Assembly: GCA_965277285.1 (NCBI GenBank)
Contig: OZ255721.1
Span: 1,696,001-1,760,000 of the forward strand
Length of the DNA: 64,000 bases
Direction of reading: 5' to 3'
From: Abditibacteriaceae bacterium
GTDB taxonomy: Bacteria; Armatimonadota; Abditibacteriia; Abditibacteriales; Abditibacteriaceae
The notes below the pieces were generated by a model. That model was not told the origin of the DNA. It worked only from the letters and a program-made list of their open reading frames with translations, and searched no databases. The stretch's first letter is position 1; the number at the start of each line of letters is the position of its first letter. Of the stretch, positions 21,488 through 31,345 are shown one piece after another. Made by a program: the position numbers and the translations under genes.

Positions 21488-22509
21488 CCCTTGAAATAAT
21501 CAATCTTCATCGCGCTTCTGACAGCTTCCATCGTTTCTTGCGCGCGCTCGTGGCCTCGATTTGTGCCGTCGCGCAAGGCTTCGGTGACGTAAGATTCGTT
21601 TTTCGAGTACTCGATTCTACGGGCGCGAATCGGTTCGAGAAACGCGTTCAGTTCGGCGGCTAATTCGCGCTTGACTTGAACATCGCCCAGCAGCGGTTTG
21701 CCTTTTTCGTTTTCGCCGCCTTTGCGATACAGTTCTTTCAATTCTTCGACGCGCGCTTTGTTTTGGGCAAAAGCATCGAGGTACGTGAAAACCGGATTGT
21801 TTTCGACGTTGCCAGGTTCGCGGCCTGTAATGCGATTCGGATCGGTGAACATCGCCATCACTTTTTTGGTAACGGTCACTTCGTCGTCGGCCAGATAAAT
21901 CGTGTTGCCGATGCTTTTGCTCATTTTGGCGCCGCCGTCGGTGCCAGGAAGACGACCAAATTCACCGTACATTCCTTCGGGAAGCGTCAAGGTCTCGCCG
22001 TACAGCGCGTTGAACTTTTCCACGATGTCGCGCGACAATTCGATCATCGGTTTCTGATCGTTGCCAACCGGAACCAAGTGCGCGCCAAACGCCGTGATGT
22101 CGGCGGCTTGCGAGACCGGATAGCAGAAAAATCCCAGTCGCAGATCATGCTCCATGTTCTTCTGCGCGATTTCGGCTTTAACCGTCGGATTGCGCTCGAC
22201 ACGCGCCAGAGTAATCAGATTCATGTAATAAATCGTCAGTTCGGCGATTTCTGGAATCATGGATTGAATGACGAAGGCGCACTTTTGAGGATCAAGCCCG
22301 ACCGCCAAATAATCCAATGCGACTTCGCGGATGTTTTGTTTCAACATTTCCGGCGTGGCGAAATTGTCGGTTAAAGCCTGCACATCGGCTATTAAGATGT
22401 AGGTTTCATATTCGTCTTGCAGCGCGACGCGATTGGCCAGACTGCCGACATAATGCCCGATATGAAGTTTTCCGGTTGGCCTGTCGCCGGTGAGAATGCG
22501 TTTTTTCAT
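21484..22509 (-). CDS. trpS: tryptophanyl-tRNA synthetase
   Basis: [34 protein letters not shown]. Confidence 0.97.
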   Translation of the reverse strand: MKKRILTGDRPTGKLHIGHYVGSLANRVALQDEYETYILIADVQALTDNFATPEMLKQNIREVALDYLAVGLDPQKCAFVIQSMIPEIAELTIYYMNLITLARVERNPTVKAEIAQKNMEHDLRLGFFCYPVSQAADITAFGAHLVPVGNDQKPMIELSRDIVEKFNALYGETLTLPEGMYGEFGRLPGTDGGAKMSKSIGNTIYLADDEVTVTKKVMAMFTDPNRITGREPGNVENNPVFTYLDAFAQNKARVEELKELYRKGGENEKGKPLLGDVQVKRELAAELNAFLEPIRARRIEYSKNESYVTEALRDGTNRGHERAQETMEAVRSAMKIDYFKG

Positions 22510-22623
22510 GCTCTTAATTTAACCGCCAAGACGCCAGGCGCGCCAAGAAGTGGAAGAATCGAGTACTCGATGCGGCACTTTTAGCTGTTCCTCCAAACAG
22601 TTCGACACGCTACACTGCCTGAC

Positions 22624-23673
22624 ATGATCGAACAAAATGGGGACACGCAGCGGCGCCAGTTCGCCAGCGATAATTATTCGGGCGTTTGCCCCGAAGCATG
22701 GCAAGCTTTAACCGAAGCCAATCACGGACACGCGCCCAGTTACGGCGAAGATGTGTGGACGCGCCAGGCTTCCGACCTGATACGCGACGTTTTTGAAACC
22801 GATTGCGAAGTGTTTTTCGTGTTCAATGGCACGGCGGCTAACTCGCTTGCCTTATCTTCGTTGTGTCGTTCGTACCATAGCATTTTGTGCCACGAAACCG
22901 CGCATATCGAAACCGATGAATGCGGCGCACCCGAATTTTTCTCGAACGGAACCAAAGTTCTGCTGGTGCCAGGCCGCGATGGTAAAATCGCGCCCGACCA
23001 AATCGAACGCATGGTGCAGCGTCGCCGCGACGTTCATTATCCCAAGCCACGCGTGGTCAGCGTGACGCAAGCGACGGAACTCGGCACCGTTTACTCCGTA
23101 GACGAATTGCAGGCCATTGGTGAAGCCGCGGCGCGCTGCGATTTGTATATGCACATGGACGGCGCGCGCTTCGCCAATGCAGTGGCGACTTTAGGCGTGG
23201 CGCCGCGTGCTATCACATGGGAAGTGGGCGTCGATGTTTTGTGTTTTGGCGCCACCAAAAACGGCTCGTCGGTGGGCGAAGCCGTCATTTTCTTTAATCA
23301 CGAACTGGCGAAGGAATTTGAATTTCGCTGCAAACAGTCGGGGCAATTGGCTTCCAAGATGCGCTTTTTGACGGCGCCCTGGGTTGGCCTATTACAAGAT
23401 GGCGCCTGGCTCAAATATGCGTCGCACGCTAACGCGATGGCGGCTTTGCTCGAACAGCGTTTGCGCGAGTTGTCCGTTGTCGAGATTTTATTGCCGCGCC
23501 AAGCCAACTCGGTTTTCGTGCAATTCTCAGCGGGAATGAAAGACGCTCTTCATGCTCGTGGTTGGAAGTTTTACAGCTTCATCGGCCAGGGCGGATGTCG
23601 CTTGATGTGTTCCTGGGACACCACGACAGAAGATGTGGAAGCTCTGGTTTCCGACGTCAAGGCGTTGCTGTAG
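22624..23673 (+). CDS. low-specificity L-threonine aldolase family
   Basis: FASDNYSG, FNGTAANSL, DECGAPEF, HMDGARFANA, GATKNG. Confidence 0.92.
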   Translation: MIEQNGDTQRRQFASDNYSGVCPEAWQALTEANHGHAPSYGEDVWTRQASDLIRDVFETDCEVFFVFNGTAANSLALSSLCRSYHSILCHETAHIETDECGAPEFFSNGTKVLLVPGRDGKIAPDQIERMVQRRRDVHYPKPRVVSVTQATELGTVYSVDELQAIGEAAARCDLYMHMDGARFANAVATLGVAPRAITWEVGVDVLCFGATKNGSSVGEAVIFFNHELAKEFEFRCKQSGQLASKMRFLTAPWVGLLQDGAWLKYASHANAMAALLEQRLRELSVVEILLPRQANSVFVQFSAGMKDALHARGWKFYSFIGQGGCRLMCSWDTTTEDVEALVSDVKALL

Positions 23674-23730
23674 AGTGCGCCGAAACCGACGCGAAAGCCG
23701 GAGGAAAAGCAATCGAGTACTCGATATGCG

Positions 23731-24300
23731 TCACGGCTTGCGTCCTAAACGGTTTTTGGCGATGTTGCGAACCGCGCGGCTGATGCCCGTTTCGGCCAAC
23801 ACTTCCAATTGCTGGCGCGAAATGCTGGAGGATTGAACGAGACTACGCTCGAAAACGGTATCTCGTCTTTCCCGTATTTCGGTAAATGCGGCCGCTGAAA
23901 CACTGTCGAGTTCAAGTTCGCGCGACATTTTGTTGCGCCAAATTGTTTTCTGCAAATGCGGCTCATCAAACGCCGGATGTGCGATGATGTTTTCGTATTG
24001 TTCTGCTGCAAGTCCACGCCACAGCAGCAAGTCTCGCAACGCGGAACTCGCCATCATTTGGTCTTCATCCAATTGGCACAGCTCAATATATTGCGCGATT
24101 TGCTCGTCGCTCAGTCTTTCGTGGGAGGCGAGAACTGTTTTGAACGCGAGATAACGATGATGTTCCAAGCTTTGCCAACCATCATCGTCACGTTGCCAGT
24201 TCTTGAAACGTTCGATTTGCTGCTCGAAAAAAGCCGACGGCAACAAATCGGGTTCAAACCATTGCGGATGGAAGTGAAGTGTGTCAATGGCTTCTTGCAT
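23731..24300 (-). CDS. hypothetical protein
   Basis: About 189-aa ORF downstream of the oxidoreductase; start uncertain. Confidence 0.65.
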   Translation of the reverse strand: MQEAIDTLHFHPQWFEPDLLPSAFFEQQIERFKNWQRDDDGWQSLEHHRYLAFKTVLASHERLSDEQIAQYIELCQLDEDQMMASSALRDLLLWRGLAAEQYENIIAHPAFDEPHLQKTIWRNKMSRELELDSVSAAAFTEIRERRDTVFERSLVQSSSISRQQLEVLAETGISRAVRNIAKNRLGRKP

Positions 24301-24329
24301 GATGTTTAGCGTGTTCGACTTTTGCCACC

Positions 24330-25337
24330 TCACGCCTTCGCTTTTTCCAACAATTTCAACTGCCATCCTACGACCTGCGCGCCATCTTCGCCGCTGACCC
24401 ACAAGGTTTCTTCGCCACGCACGGCGCGCACGAAATTGCCAACCAATGTATCGACGAAATCCGGCAATTCGAGTACTCGATGCGCGCTTTGCAAATACGC
24501 GCGAAACTCGCCGCGTTCGTTGTTGCGCGCCGCATAATCCACGGTTTGGCCGTTGATTTCAAAAACACGTTTGGGAACGGCGCGCGCTTCGTTCAAGGCG
24601 ACGTGAATCTGTGTTTCGATTGAGCGTTTACCGTCATTCAATTGAAAAGCGGCGTTGCTGTCGCTTTCGCGCACGTCGCATTTGGCACTTGCCCAATCAA
24701 TTTCACTTTGAGGAACCAGGCGACGCAAAACACTCAAAGGATGCGGCGCAAGGTCGAGCCAAACGTCGTCGAAAGTGCGTCCGTGCTTCAGGTTTTTGGT
24801 TTCCATCGTCATCGAAAAAGATTCGATTTCGTCCGCACTGTTCAAGTTGCACAATTCCAATAGCAAAGGCGCGCACGTCGCGTATTGCATTTGTGTTCCG
24901 AACACAAGGTTGCGCGATTTGGCTTCTGCGACCAGTTTTGCGGCGCTTTCGATCAGTTCATCCAAAGGCAAACCCGACCACGCATCGCTGCCAACCAGTG
25001 GTTTTTCGCACAAAACGTGCGCGCCACTTTCCAGACATTGCATGACGTGTTGAAAGTGCAAATGCGGCGGCGAAGAAACACAAACCGCGTCCGGCTTCTC
25101 GCGGTTCAGCATCGCTTGAACATCGGTGTAACCTTCGCCTGCAAAGCCAATGGTGTTCTGCAAAGCCAATCGAGTACTCGAAACGCTTTCGGGCGACGAA
25201 CCGGCGAAGGCGACGATTTCGCAGCCGTGACCATGAAACCAGCGCGCATGATTTTTGCCGATGCCGCTGGCGCCGATAATCGCCACGCGCAAGGTTTTGT
25301 TGATTTTATTTTGTGTTTCGTTTTGCATCAAGGTCAA
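24330..25337 (-). CDS. Gfo/Idh/MocA family oxidoreductase
   Basis: IIGASGIGKNH, HVLCEKPL. Confidence 0.85.
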   Translation of the reverse strand: MTLMQNETQNKINKTLRVAIIGASGIGKNHARWFHGHGCEIVAFAGSSPESVSSTRLALQNTIGFAGEGYTDVQAMLNREKPDAVCVSSPPHLHFQHVMQCLESGAHVLCEKPLVGSDAWSGLPLDELIESAAKLVAEAKSRNLVFGTQMQYATCAPLLLELCNLNSADEIESFSMTMETKNLKHGRTFDDVWLDLAPHPLSVLRRLVPQSEIDWASAKCDVRESDSNAAFQLNDGKRSIETQIHVALNEARAVPKRVFEINGQTVDYAARNNERGEFRAYLQSAHRVLELPDFVDTLVGNFVRAVRGEETLWVSGEDGAQVVGWQLKLLEKAKA

Positions 25338-28063
25338 GACGGCCTCCTTATTTCAACCAACGGATAAGCGACCAGGCGCGCTAAAGGCGGCTCCCAAACG
25401 TCCGTTTCGCGCGGCGGCTCCAAGCGCAAGGTCAGTTCGAGCGAGACTTCCTCTTCGTCACCACGCGCCGCTGGCAATGCGAGATCGAAGCCGATGGGCG
25501 GCGCGAAACGTCGCCCCAGAAATTGTCCGTTTACCCACGCTTCGGCCACGTTTTCGGGTTTGTGCAGCGTCGAGGCCGCGACTTCCAAACGCACGAGACA
25601 AGCGCGCCAGGCGGCGGGAACACGGACGGTTTTCGAGTACTCGACTTGCGTTTCGTCCCACGCATTGCGATGAGGTTCCACATCCCAATCGTCCAGCAAA
25701 AGCGGCGCTGGAACAACGACTTCTGCGCCGTGCCACCACGACAATTTGCGGTCCTGTCGAATGGCGATCATCGGCTGGCCACTTTGCGTCGCGTGACCGC
25801 GCGCTGTTTTGCCGTCGAAACTTTCCACCACGAAATTAGCGCTTTCGCCATGTGGCTGCACAGCTTGAGGCACAGCTTGAGGCGCGTTTTGGTCGCTTTG
25901 CGGATCGGTCGCTATGACCAAAAGCCGGGTTTCGCCGGGTGCCATTTGCAGCGTCAGCGCCAGGCCGCCACCTTCATCGACAGGCAAAGGCATCCACAGC
26001 GGACAGCGTGCGCTCGAACCTTTCCAGGCGTCGCGTTCTTCGACTTGCACGCATTGCCCGGGACGCAGAACGAGATTGATTTTCGCGGTTTCATCGCGCA
26101 GGTTCCACAACCAAAACAAGCTGCCGTTGGGCGCGACGCGGCGCGTGTAACGAAAATCGCGCGCCTGCGTTTCGATGTCGGGCGACAAACTTTCGGTCAA
26201 AATCGGGCGCACGCGCAGACGTGCATCGTCGCGGTCGAGATTGAGGCGTGGCTGATAAGTCGCAATGCGTCCGCCCAGCGCGGTTTGGCGCAAAATTGGA
26301 TAGCCGACAGACGACGGCGCCAGCATTTGCAATTCGCTCAGCTCAGTACCTTCGCGCCGATAGCCTTCGTAAATGTCCTCAATAGTGCAGCGCGTTTGCG
26401 TTTCCAGATGACGTTCTTGTTCTTCGTCGCGCCCGATTTCGCTCCATCGCGGCAACAATCCAAGACAAATAATTTTGCCTCCGCGCAAAGAAAACTCTTC
26501 CAATTTCGCCCAGGTCGCGCGCGATAAACACGTCACAGACGGCAAGATAATGACTTCGAGAGACGCGCTTCCCACTTGCAAAAGCGAGGTCGGGCGCGTT
26601 CTCTGACGCGCATCGAGTACTCGATCTTCAAGCGTCGCATTTTGAATGGCGTCTTCGGACAAAAACAACCAGTCGAAGCGCAAATCGTCCAACCAATCGG
26701 CGATGTCGGCCACATCTTCCTCGACCCAGCGCACAAAACGATGACCTTTAGGATGATGATGCGCCCACGCCGAACGCATCGGCCAGACCACGCCGACGCG
26801 CGCGCCACTTTGCCCGCCGCGCAACACTTCGACCTGGCGCTCAATATAAGGATGAAGCAGTTGAGCGTGCGACACGCTTTCATTTTGTCGCGTATCTTTC
26901 AGGGCGACTTCAAAACGCGTCGCGCCGGCCAGCAAATAACGATGCCACTCGGACAAACGCGCCGCTTCGGAAAAAGCGACCGTAACGCGCGTCGCATCGC
27001 CGCCAACATCGGATTTCAGCGACGCCAAAGAAGTCATCAAACGCACTAAAATCGTGTTCGACGAATGGCGTAGCGCGTTCTTCCAGTCGTTTTGCTTGTC
27101 GTTTTCCGCTTCAATTTCGACGACGACATCGGTGGTGCCTTGCGCCAGCGTCACAATCGCGCCGTATCGCGCCACCAAGCGGTTCAAATTTGCGGCACGA
27201 AAACGCCACTGCAAGCGAACGCCGGTTTCCTGCGCCCAATTTTCCCAACTTTGCGCGAAGTTTTCGCGGAGCAGCGTCGCCACGGTTTGCCAAAATTGTT
27301 GGCGCACGCGCACCGCGCCTTTGCCGGTATCCGCGACCAACGACGACAATTTTTCCGCCAAATCGCCGCCGTGCAAACTGCTAAAGCGCACCGGCAACTC
27401 GGGCGACCACGGAAAACGCTGATTCGCATCGGGCGCGTCTTCGTCCCACAAGCGTGGAACTTCGACCGAAACGCCCGCCACAACGTCGCGCAATTCGGGT
27501 GTCACAACGCTTTGCCAGGCGATTCGAGTACTCGAAATGATATTTTCAACGGCGCCGTGATTGAGAGGATCGAAGGCGCGCGTCGCGTCCTGTTCCTGGC
27601 GCCAACCGTAAATGCGCGCATCGAACTCAATAGGCTCGCCGCTTTGTCCGTGTTTGATTTGCGTTTGGGCGCGCGGCCATGACAAGTCGCCGTTCGTCCG
27701 GCGCGGCACAATCGTCAAAGCCAAAGTTGCATCGTCCGGCTGCGGTTCATAACCTGCCGCGACATCCCACGCGCGATAAGTGGCATACGGCGCACCTTTG
27801 CCTTGCACGCCGACGCCATCGTTCGAGTACTCGATGCGCAGCCACGCCTTCAAATTATTTTCGCCGCACTTTTGCAAAGCCGCGCGCGTCGCGTCCCAGG
27901 ACGTTTCGTCCAAACTCAACGGCAAAACGACGCCTCCATAAGCTCGCTGCACCATTTGGTCAAAGGCATCGCGCAAGGCACCTTCGTTCTCGATTTCCTT
28001 GCGGGAAAGCGACAAATAAACCGGATTCGCAACATTGTTGGACAAATTCGCGGAAGAATTCAT
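25334..28063 (-). CDS. large glycoside-hydrolase-like protein (GH106/GH2-like architecture, divergent)
   Basis: 909 aa; FPWSPEL...RQQFWQTVATLLRENFAQSWENWA, trimerisation-like segment, AEAWVNGQFLGRRFAPP. Confidence 0.55.
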   Translation of the reverse strand: MNSSANLSNNVANPVYLSLSRKEIENEGALRDAFDQMVQRAYGGVVLPLSLDETSWDATRAALQKCGENNLKAWLRIEYSNDGVGVQGKGAPYATYRAWDVAAGYEPQPDDATLALTIVPRRTNGDLSWPRAQTQIKHGQSGEPIEFDARIYGWRQEQDATRAFDPLNHGAVENIISSTRIAWQSVVTPELRDVVAGVSVEVPRLWDEDAPDANQRFPWSPELPVRFSSLHGGDLAEKLSSLVADTGKGAVRVRQQFWQTVATLLRENFAQSWENWAQETGVRLQWRFRAANLNRLVARYGAIVTLAQGTTDVVVEIEAENDKQNDWKNALRHSSNTILVRLMTSLASLKSDVGGDATRVTVAFSEAARLSEWHRYLLAGATRFEVALKDTRQNESVSHAQLLHPYIERQVEVLRGGQSGARVGVVWPMRSAWAHHHPKGHRFVRWVEEDVADIADWLDDLRFDWLFLSEDAIQNATLEDRVLDARQRTRPTSLLQVGSASLEVIILPSVTCLSRATWAKLEEFSLRGGKIICLGLLPRWSEIGRDEEQERHLETQTRCTIEDIYEGYRREGTELSELQMLAPSSVGYPILRQTALGGRIATYQPRLNLDRDDARLRVRPILTESLSPDIETQARDFRYTRRVAPNGSLFWLWNLRDETAKINLVLRPGQCVQVEERDAWKGSSARCPLWMPLPVDEGGGLALTLQMAPGETRLLVIATDPQSDQNAPQAVPQAVQPHGESANFVVESFDGKTARGHATQSGQPMIAIRQDRKLSWWHGAEVVVPAPLLLDDWDVEPHRNAWDETQVEYSKTVRVPAAWRACLVRLEVAASTLHKPENVAEAWVNGQFLGRRFAPPIGFDLALPAARGDEEEVSLELTLRLEPPRETDVWEPPLARLVAYPLVEIRRPS

Positions 28064-28147
28064 GGTACGTTCAGTTTAACGAAGCAACCGAAGAAAATGG
28101 GAAGAAAGAGTTGCCCGTTTGAAATGGAACAATGAAGTGAGTTTTCG

Positions 28148-28235
28148 TAACGAACCCGAAGCGTAAGCGACGGGCTTAAATAATAGTTTCATGTGGCTAT
28201 TACTTAAGCCCGTCGCTTACGCTTCGGGTTCGTTA
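28148..28235. repeat. REP-like inverted repeat, family A
   Basis: TAACGAACCCGAAGCGTAAGCGACGGGCTTAA...TTAAGCCCGTCGCTTACGCTTCGGGTTCGTTA. Confidence 0.85.
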
Positions 28236-28262
28236 TCGAACGAATTCATCAACGAGGACACC

Positions 28263-28315
28263 AAAAAGAAAACGCCGCCGTCTGAAACTCTTACGAGTGA
28301 CAGGCGACGGCGTTT
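28263..28315 (-). terminator. intrinsic terminator of the candidate ncRNA
   Basis: Minus strand AAACGCCGTCGCCTG...CAGACGGCGGCGTTTTCTTTTT. Confidence 0.7.
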
Positions 28316-28515
28316 ATAATGCTCGGTGGTTGCGTCAGATTCGTCCTAACCCGACTGAATAGCGAAGCCATTTTCGTCTGGTCAAACAACGGGTGAATCG
28401 CGGCCACCTCGACGTTCGGTTTCCGTTACCGGAACTGAAGGTCGAGCGAGTTAAGACTCGCCACCACCTCGCCCAGATCGTTTACTTGAAATCTTGACCA
28501 CCTCCTTGCTGGATT
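28263..28515 (-). ncRNA. candidate structured non-coding RNA or leader RNA, unassigned
   Basis: Promoter upstream, terminator downstream, several nested stems, no long ORF. Confidence 0.5.
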
Positions 28516-28521
28516 AACTTA

Positions 28522-28550
28522 AATATACAACCTGTCAAAATGGCGGTCAA
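28522..28550 (-). promoter_or_regulatory. sigma70-type promoter
   Basis: TTGACC-17nt-TATATT on the minus strand. Confidence 0.6.
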
Positions 28551-28689
28551 GAGCAATTGAAAATTGTCAAAGAAACTCCAAATACTCTTCTTGAAAACAT
28601 CGAGTACTCGATGCAAATTAGTTATGCTTTGAGTGGTTTCCTGCTTCCTCGCCGCCGCGCATTTTAGTCCGCCAATCTTTTATTTTCTT

Positions 28690-30789
28690 GTGAAACGATT
28701 ACGCATTTTGCATTTGGAAGACGATGCCGACGACGCGGAAATAGCGTGCGCGACTTTGCGCGACGCCGGTTTGGATGCCGACTGCAAGCGCGTCGACAAT
28801 TGGCCCGAATTTCAGCGCGAATTGCACGACGGTGGTTTCGACCTAGTTCTGGCCGATTATTCGTTGCCTACTTTCGATGGCGAGAAAGCACTGGCTTTGG
28901 CGCAACAAGTTTGCCCCAACGTGCCGTTTTTATTTTTGTCGGGCGCCATGGGCGAAGAGCGCGCTATTGAAACCCTCAAAAACGGCGCCACTGATTACAT
29001 TCTGAAGCATCGCCTGGAACGCTTGCCGAACGCGGTTCGCCGCGCCTTGGCCGAATCGCAGACGCGTATAGCACGCGCTCGAGCGCAGGAAGCCTTGCTG
29101 TTTTTGGCGGGTGCGGGCGGTATTCTGGGAACTTCGCTTGATTTTGAAACGACGCTGCAAAATTTGGCGCAACTCGCCGTGCCGTTTTTGGCCGATTTGT
29201 GCATCGTCGATGTGTTGAGCGAGGAAGACGAACAAATTATTGCTGTTGGACATCTCGTCCCATCGCGCGCCGAAAGCGTGCGCCAAATGCGTGAGCGCTA
29301 TCCTCTCGATGCGAAAAAAGATGGCGTCTCAGAAATTTTGCGCAGCGGACGTTCGCGCTTGATGCCGCGCTTCAACGAAGGACGTTTGCGTCGTTATGCG
29401 CGTGACGAAGAGCATTTGCGCTTGATGCTCGCCATGAAATTGCATTCGGTCATCGTGGTGCCATTGGAAGCGCGCGGTCGCACGCTGGGCATGATCACCT
29501 TTGCCACCACGAGCGACGGCAGCGCGCGCCGCTACGACGAACACGATCTGGCGCTCGCCGAGAATCTCGCCGGACGCGCGGCTTTAGCCGTCGATAACGC
29601 GCGCCTTTACCGCGAAACACAAGGCGCCTTGCGCGCGCGCGACGAGTTTTTGGCCACGCTGTCGCATGAATTGCGCACGCCTCTCAACGCGATGCTGGGT
29701 TGGACGCAGCTCCTGCGCTCGGGCGCGCTCGATGAAACGATGACTGGCCAGGCTTTGGAAATTATTGAGCGCAACACCAAAGCGCAAGGTCAATTGATCG
29801 AAGATTTGCTGGAAGTATCGCGCATCATCACCGGAAAATTGCGCCTTGAAGTGCGACCCGTCGAATTGAACACGGTCATTTCCGATGCTTTGGAATCGGT
29901 TCGGCTGTCGGCGGACGCCAAAGGCATCGCGCTCGAGTACGCGAAACAAAGCGATTCCACCATCTCGGGCGATGCGCATCGTTTGCAGCAAGTCGTGTGG
30001 AACTTGCTGTCGAACGCCATCAAATTCACGCCCAAAGGCGGCGAAGTTTCCGTCGTTCTGGGACGCGCCGATTCGCACGCGCGCGTTGTCGTGCGCGATA
30101 CGGGACAAGGCATCGCGCCCGATTTTTTGCCGCACGTTTTCGAGCGTTTCCGCCAGGCCGACGCATCGAGTACTCGATCTTACGGTGGTCTGGGCTTGGG
30201 TTTGGGAATTGTGCGCCATCTGGTCGAGTTGCATGGTGGAACCGTGCGCGCCGAAAGCGAAGGCGAAAATGAGGGCGCGACGTTCACCGTTTTGTTACCG
30301 CTATTGGCGCTGCAATCGACAGCGGACGAAGTCGCGTCATTGGCCGAACAACGAATGCACATCGCGCCCTCGGAACAAAATCTGCGCGAGCAAAAACTGC
30401 GTAACGTTCGCATTCTGGTGGTGGACGATCACGCGGACGCGCGACGCTTGATCGCAGCGGTGCTTCAAGGTTGCGGCGCGCAAGTCGAAGTCGCGTCGTC
30501 GGCGCGCGAAGCGTTGGACAGGTTGCAAAATGCCGATTTCGATGTGCTGGTCAGCGACATCGGAATGCCCGAAGAAGACGGCTATTCGCTAATGCGCCGC
30601 GTGCGCCAATTGGACGGTGCGCGCGGACAAATTCCGGCTCTCGCCTTGACCGCTTACGCCCGCGAAAGCGACCGCGAAAAAGCCTTGCAGTGCGGATTTC
30701 AAGGTCACGGCGTCAAACCCCTCGAACCCGCCAAACTGGTCGAATTGGTCGCGCGACTGGCGGGAAGAGATGAATTTCAAACAACTTGA
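28690..30789 (+). CDS. hybrid sensor histidine kinase (REC-GAF-HisKA-HATPase-REC)
   Basis: LHLEDD, LSHELRTPL, NLLSNAIKFT, DTGQGI, GGLGLGL, SDIGMP. Confidence 0.95.
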   Translation: MKRLRILHLEDDADDAEIACATLRDAGLDADCKRVDNWPEFQRELHDGGFDLVLADYSLPTFDGEKALALAQQVCPNVPFLFLSGAMGEERAIETLKNGATDYILKHRLERLPNAVRRALAESQTRIARARAQEALLFLAGAGGILGTSLDFETTLQNLAQLAVPFLADLCIVDVLSEEDEQIIAVGHLVPSRAESVRQMRERYPLDAKKDGVSEILRSGRSRLMPRFNEGRLRRYARDEEHLRLMLAMKLHSVIVVPLEARGRTLGMITFATTSDGSARRYDEHDLALAENLAGRAALAVDNARLYRETQGALRARDEFLATLSHELRTPLNAMLGWTQLLRSGALDETMTGQALEIIERNTKAQGQLIEDLLEVSRIITGKLRLEVRPVELNTVISDALESVRLSADAKGIALEYAKQSDSTISGDAHRLQQVVWNLLSNAIKFTPKGGEVSVVLGRADSHARVVVRDTGQGIAPDFLPHVFERFRQADASSTRSYGGLGLGLGIVRHLVELHGGTVRAESEGENEGATFTVLLPLLALQSTADEVASLAEQRMHIAPSEQNLREQKLRNVRILVVDDHADARRLIAAVLQGCGAQVEVASSAREALDRLQNADFDVLVSDIGMPEEDGYSLMRRVRQLDGARGQIPALALTAYARESDREKALQCGFQGHGVKPLEPAKLVELVARLAGRDEFQTT

Positions 30790-30821
30790 ACTTAGTCGCT
30801 GCACCAGAAGCAATCGAGTAC

Positions 30822-31262
30822 TCAACGCTCACTGGCTTTCATGGAGCGGACGGCTGCCGAGAGTTTGTCAATCTCATTAAATGGGAACTCTTTGCCGATA
30901 AGATCCTTCAATTCTTCTTCGGGATAACGCGACCGCAAGCCTTGCAACGCCCGCCAGAAGGGGAGACAAACTTCCTCATAGGTTCCTCTGAGAACAAGTT
31001 GGTTGCGTTCGTCATAGTGAACACGAAGTTTTATATTTTCCATGTCGCGTTCAAATATCAACTCCAGTGGATCCGGTTGATATTGCCAAACGCAAATAAA
31101 TGTGCCACGTTGCGACATTGCGGCGTGCAAAGCCAAAGTCAATTTCCAAAAACCTTCGCCAAACGTCGTGATGATGCACGAAAGCTGTTGCGTAGAAGTC
31201 GCAATTGTGATGTCAATTGACCTGTTGGACGGCTCACCAAATTGCACTTTGAGTTTGCTCAT
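30822..31262 (-). CDS. hypothetical protein
   Basis: 146-aa ORF; CLPFWRALQGL. Confidence 0.7.
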   Translation of the reverse strand: MSKLKVQFGEPSNRSIDITIATSTQQLSCIITTFGEGFWKLTLALHAAMSQRGTFICVWQYQPDPLELIFERDMENIKLRVHYDERNQLVLRGTYEEVCLPFWRALQGLRSRYPEEELKDLIGKEFPFNEIDKLSAAVRSMKASER

Positions 31263-31345
31263 GCCGGTAGTTTACAAGGAAGAATCGAGTACTCGATGCG
31301 CGCACTTTGCTACAATGCAACCTGATCCCAAATTTGGAGAACGAA

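Noticed and set aside
28321..28475. tmRNA or tRNA-like element on the plus strand (GCGAG-TTAAGA-CTCGC-CACCACC)
   Set aside because: There is no canonical T-loop, CCA end, GGGG 5' end or tag frame, and the promoter and terminator point to the minus strand.
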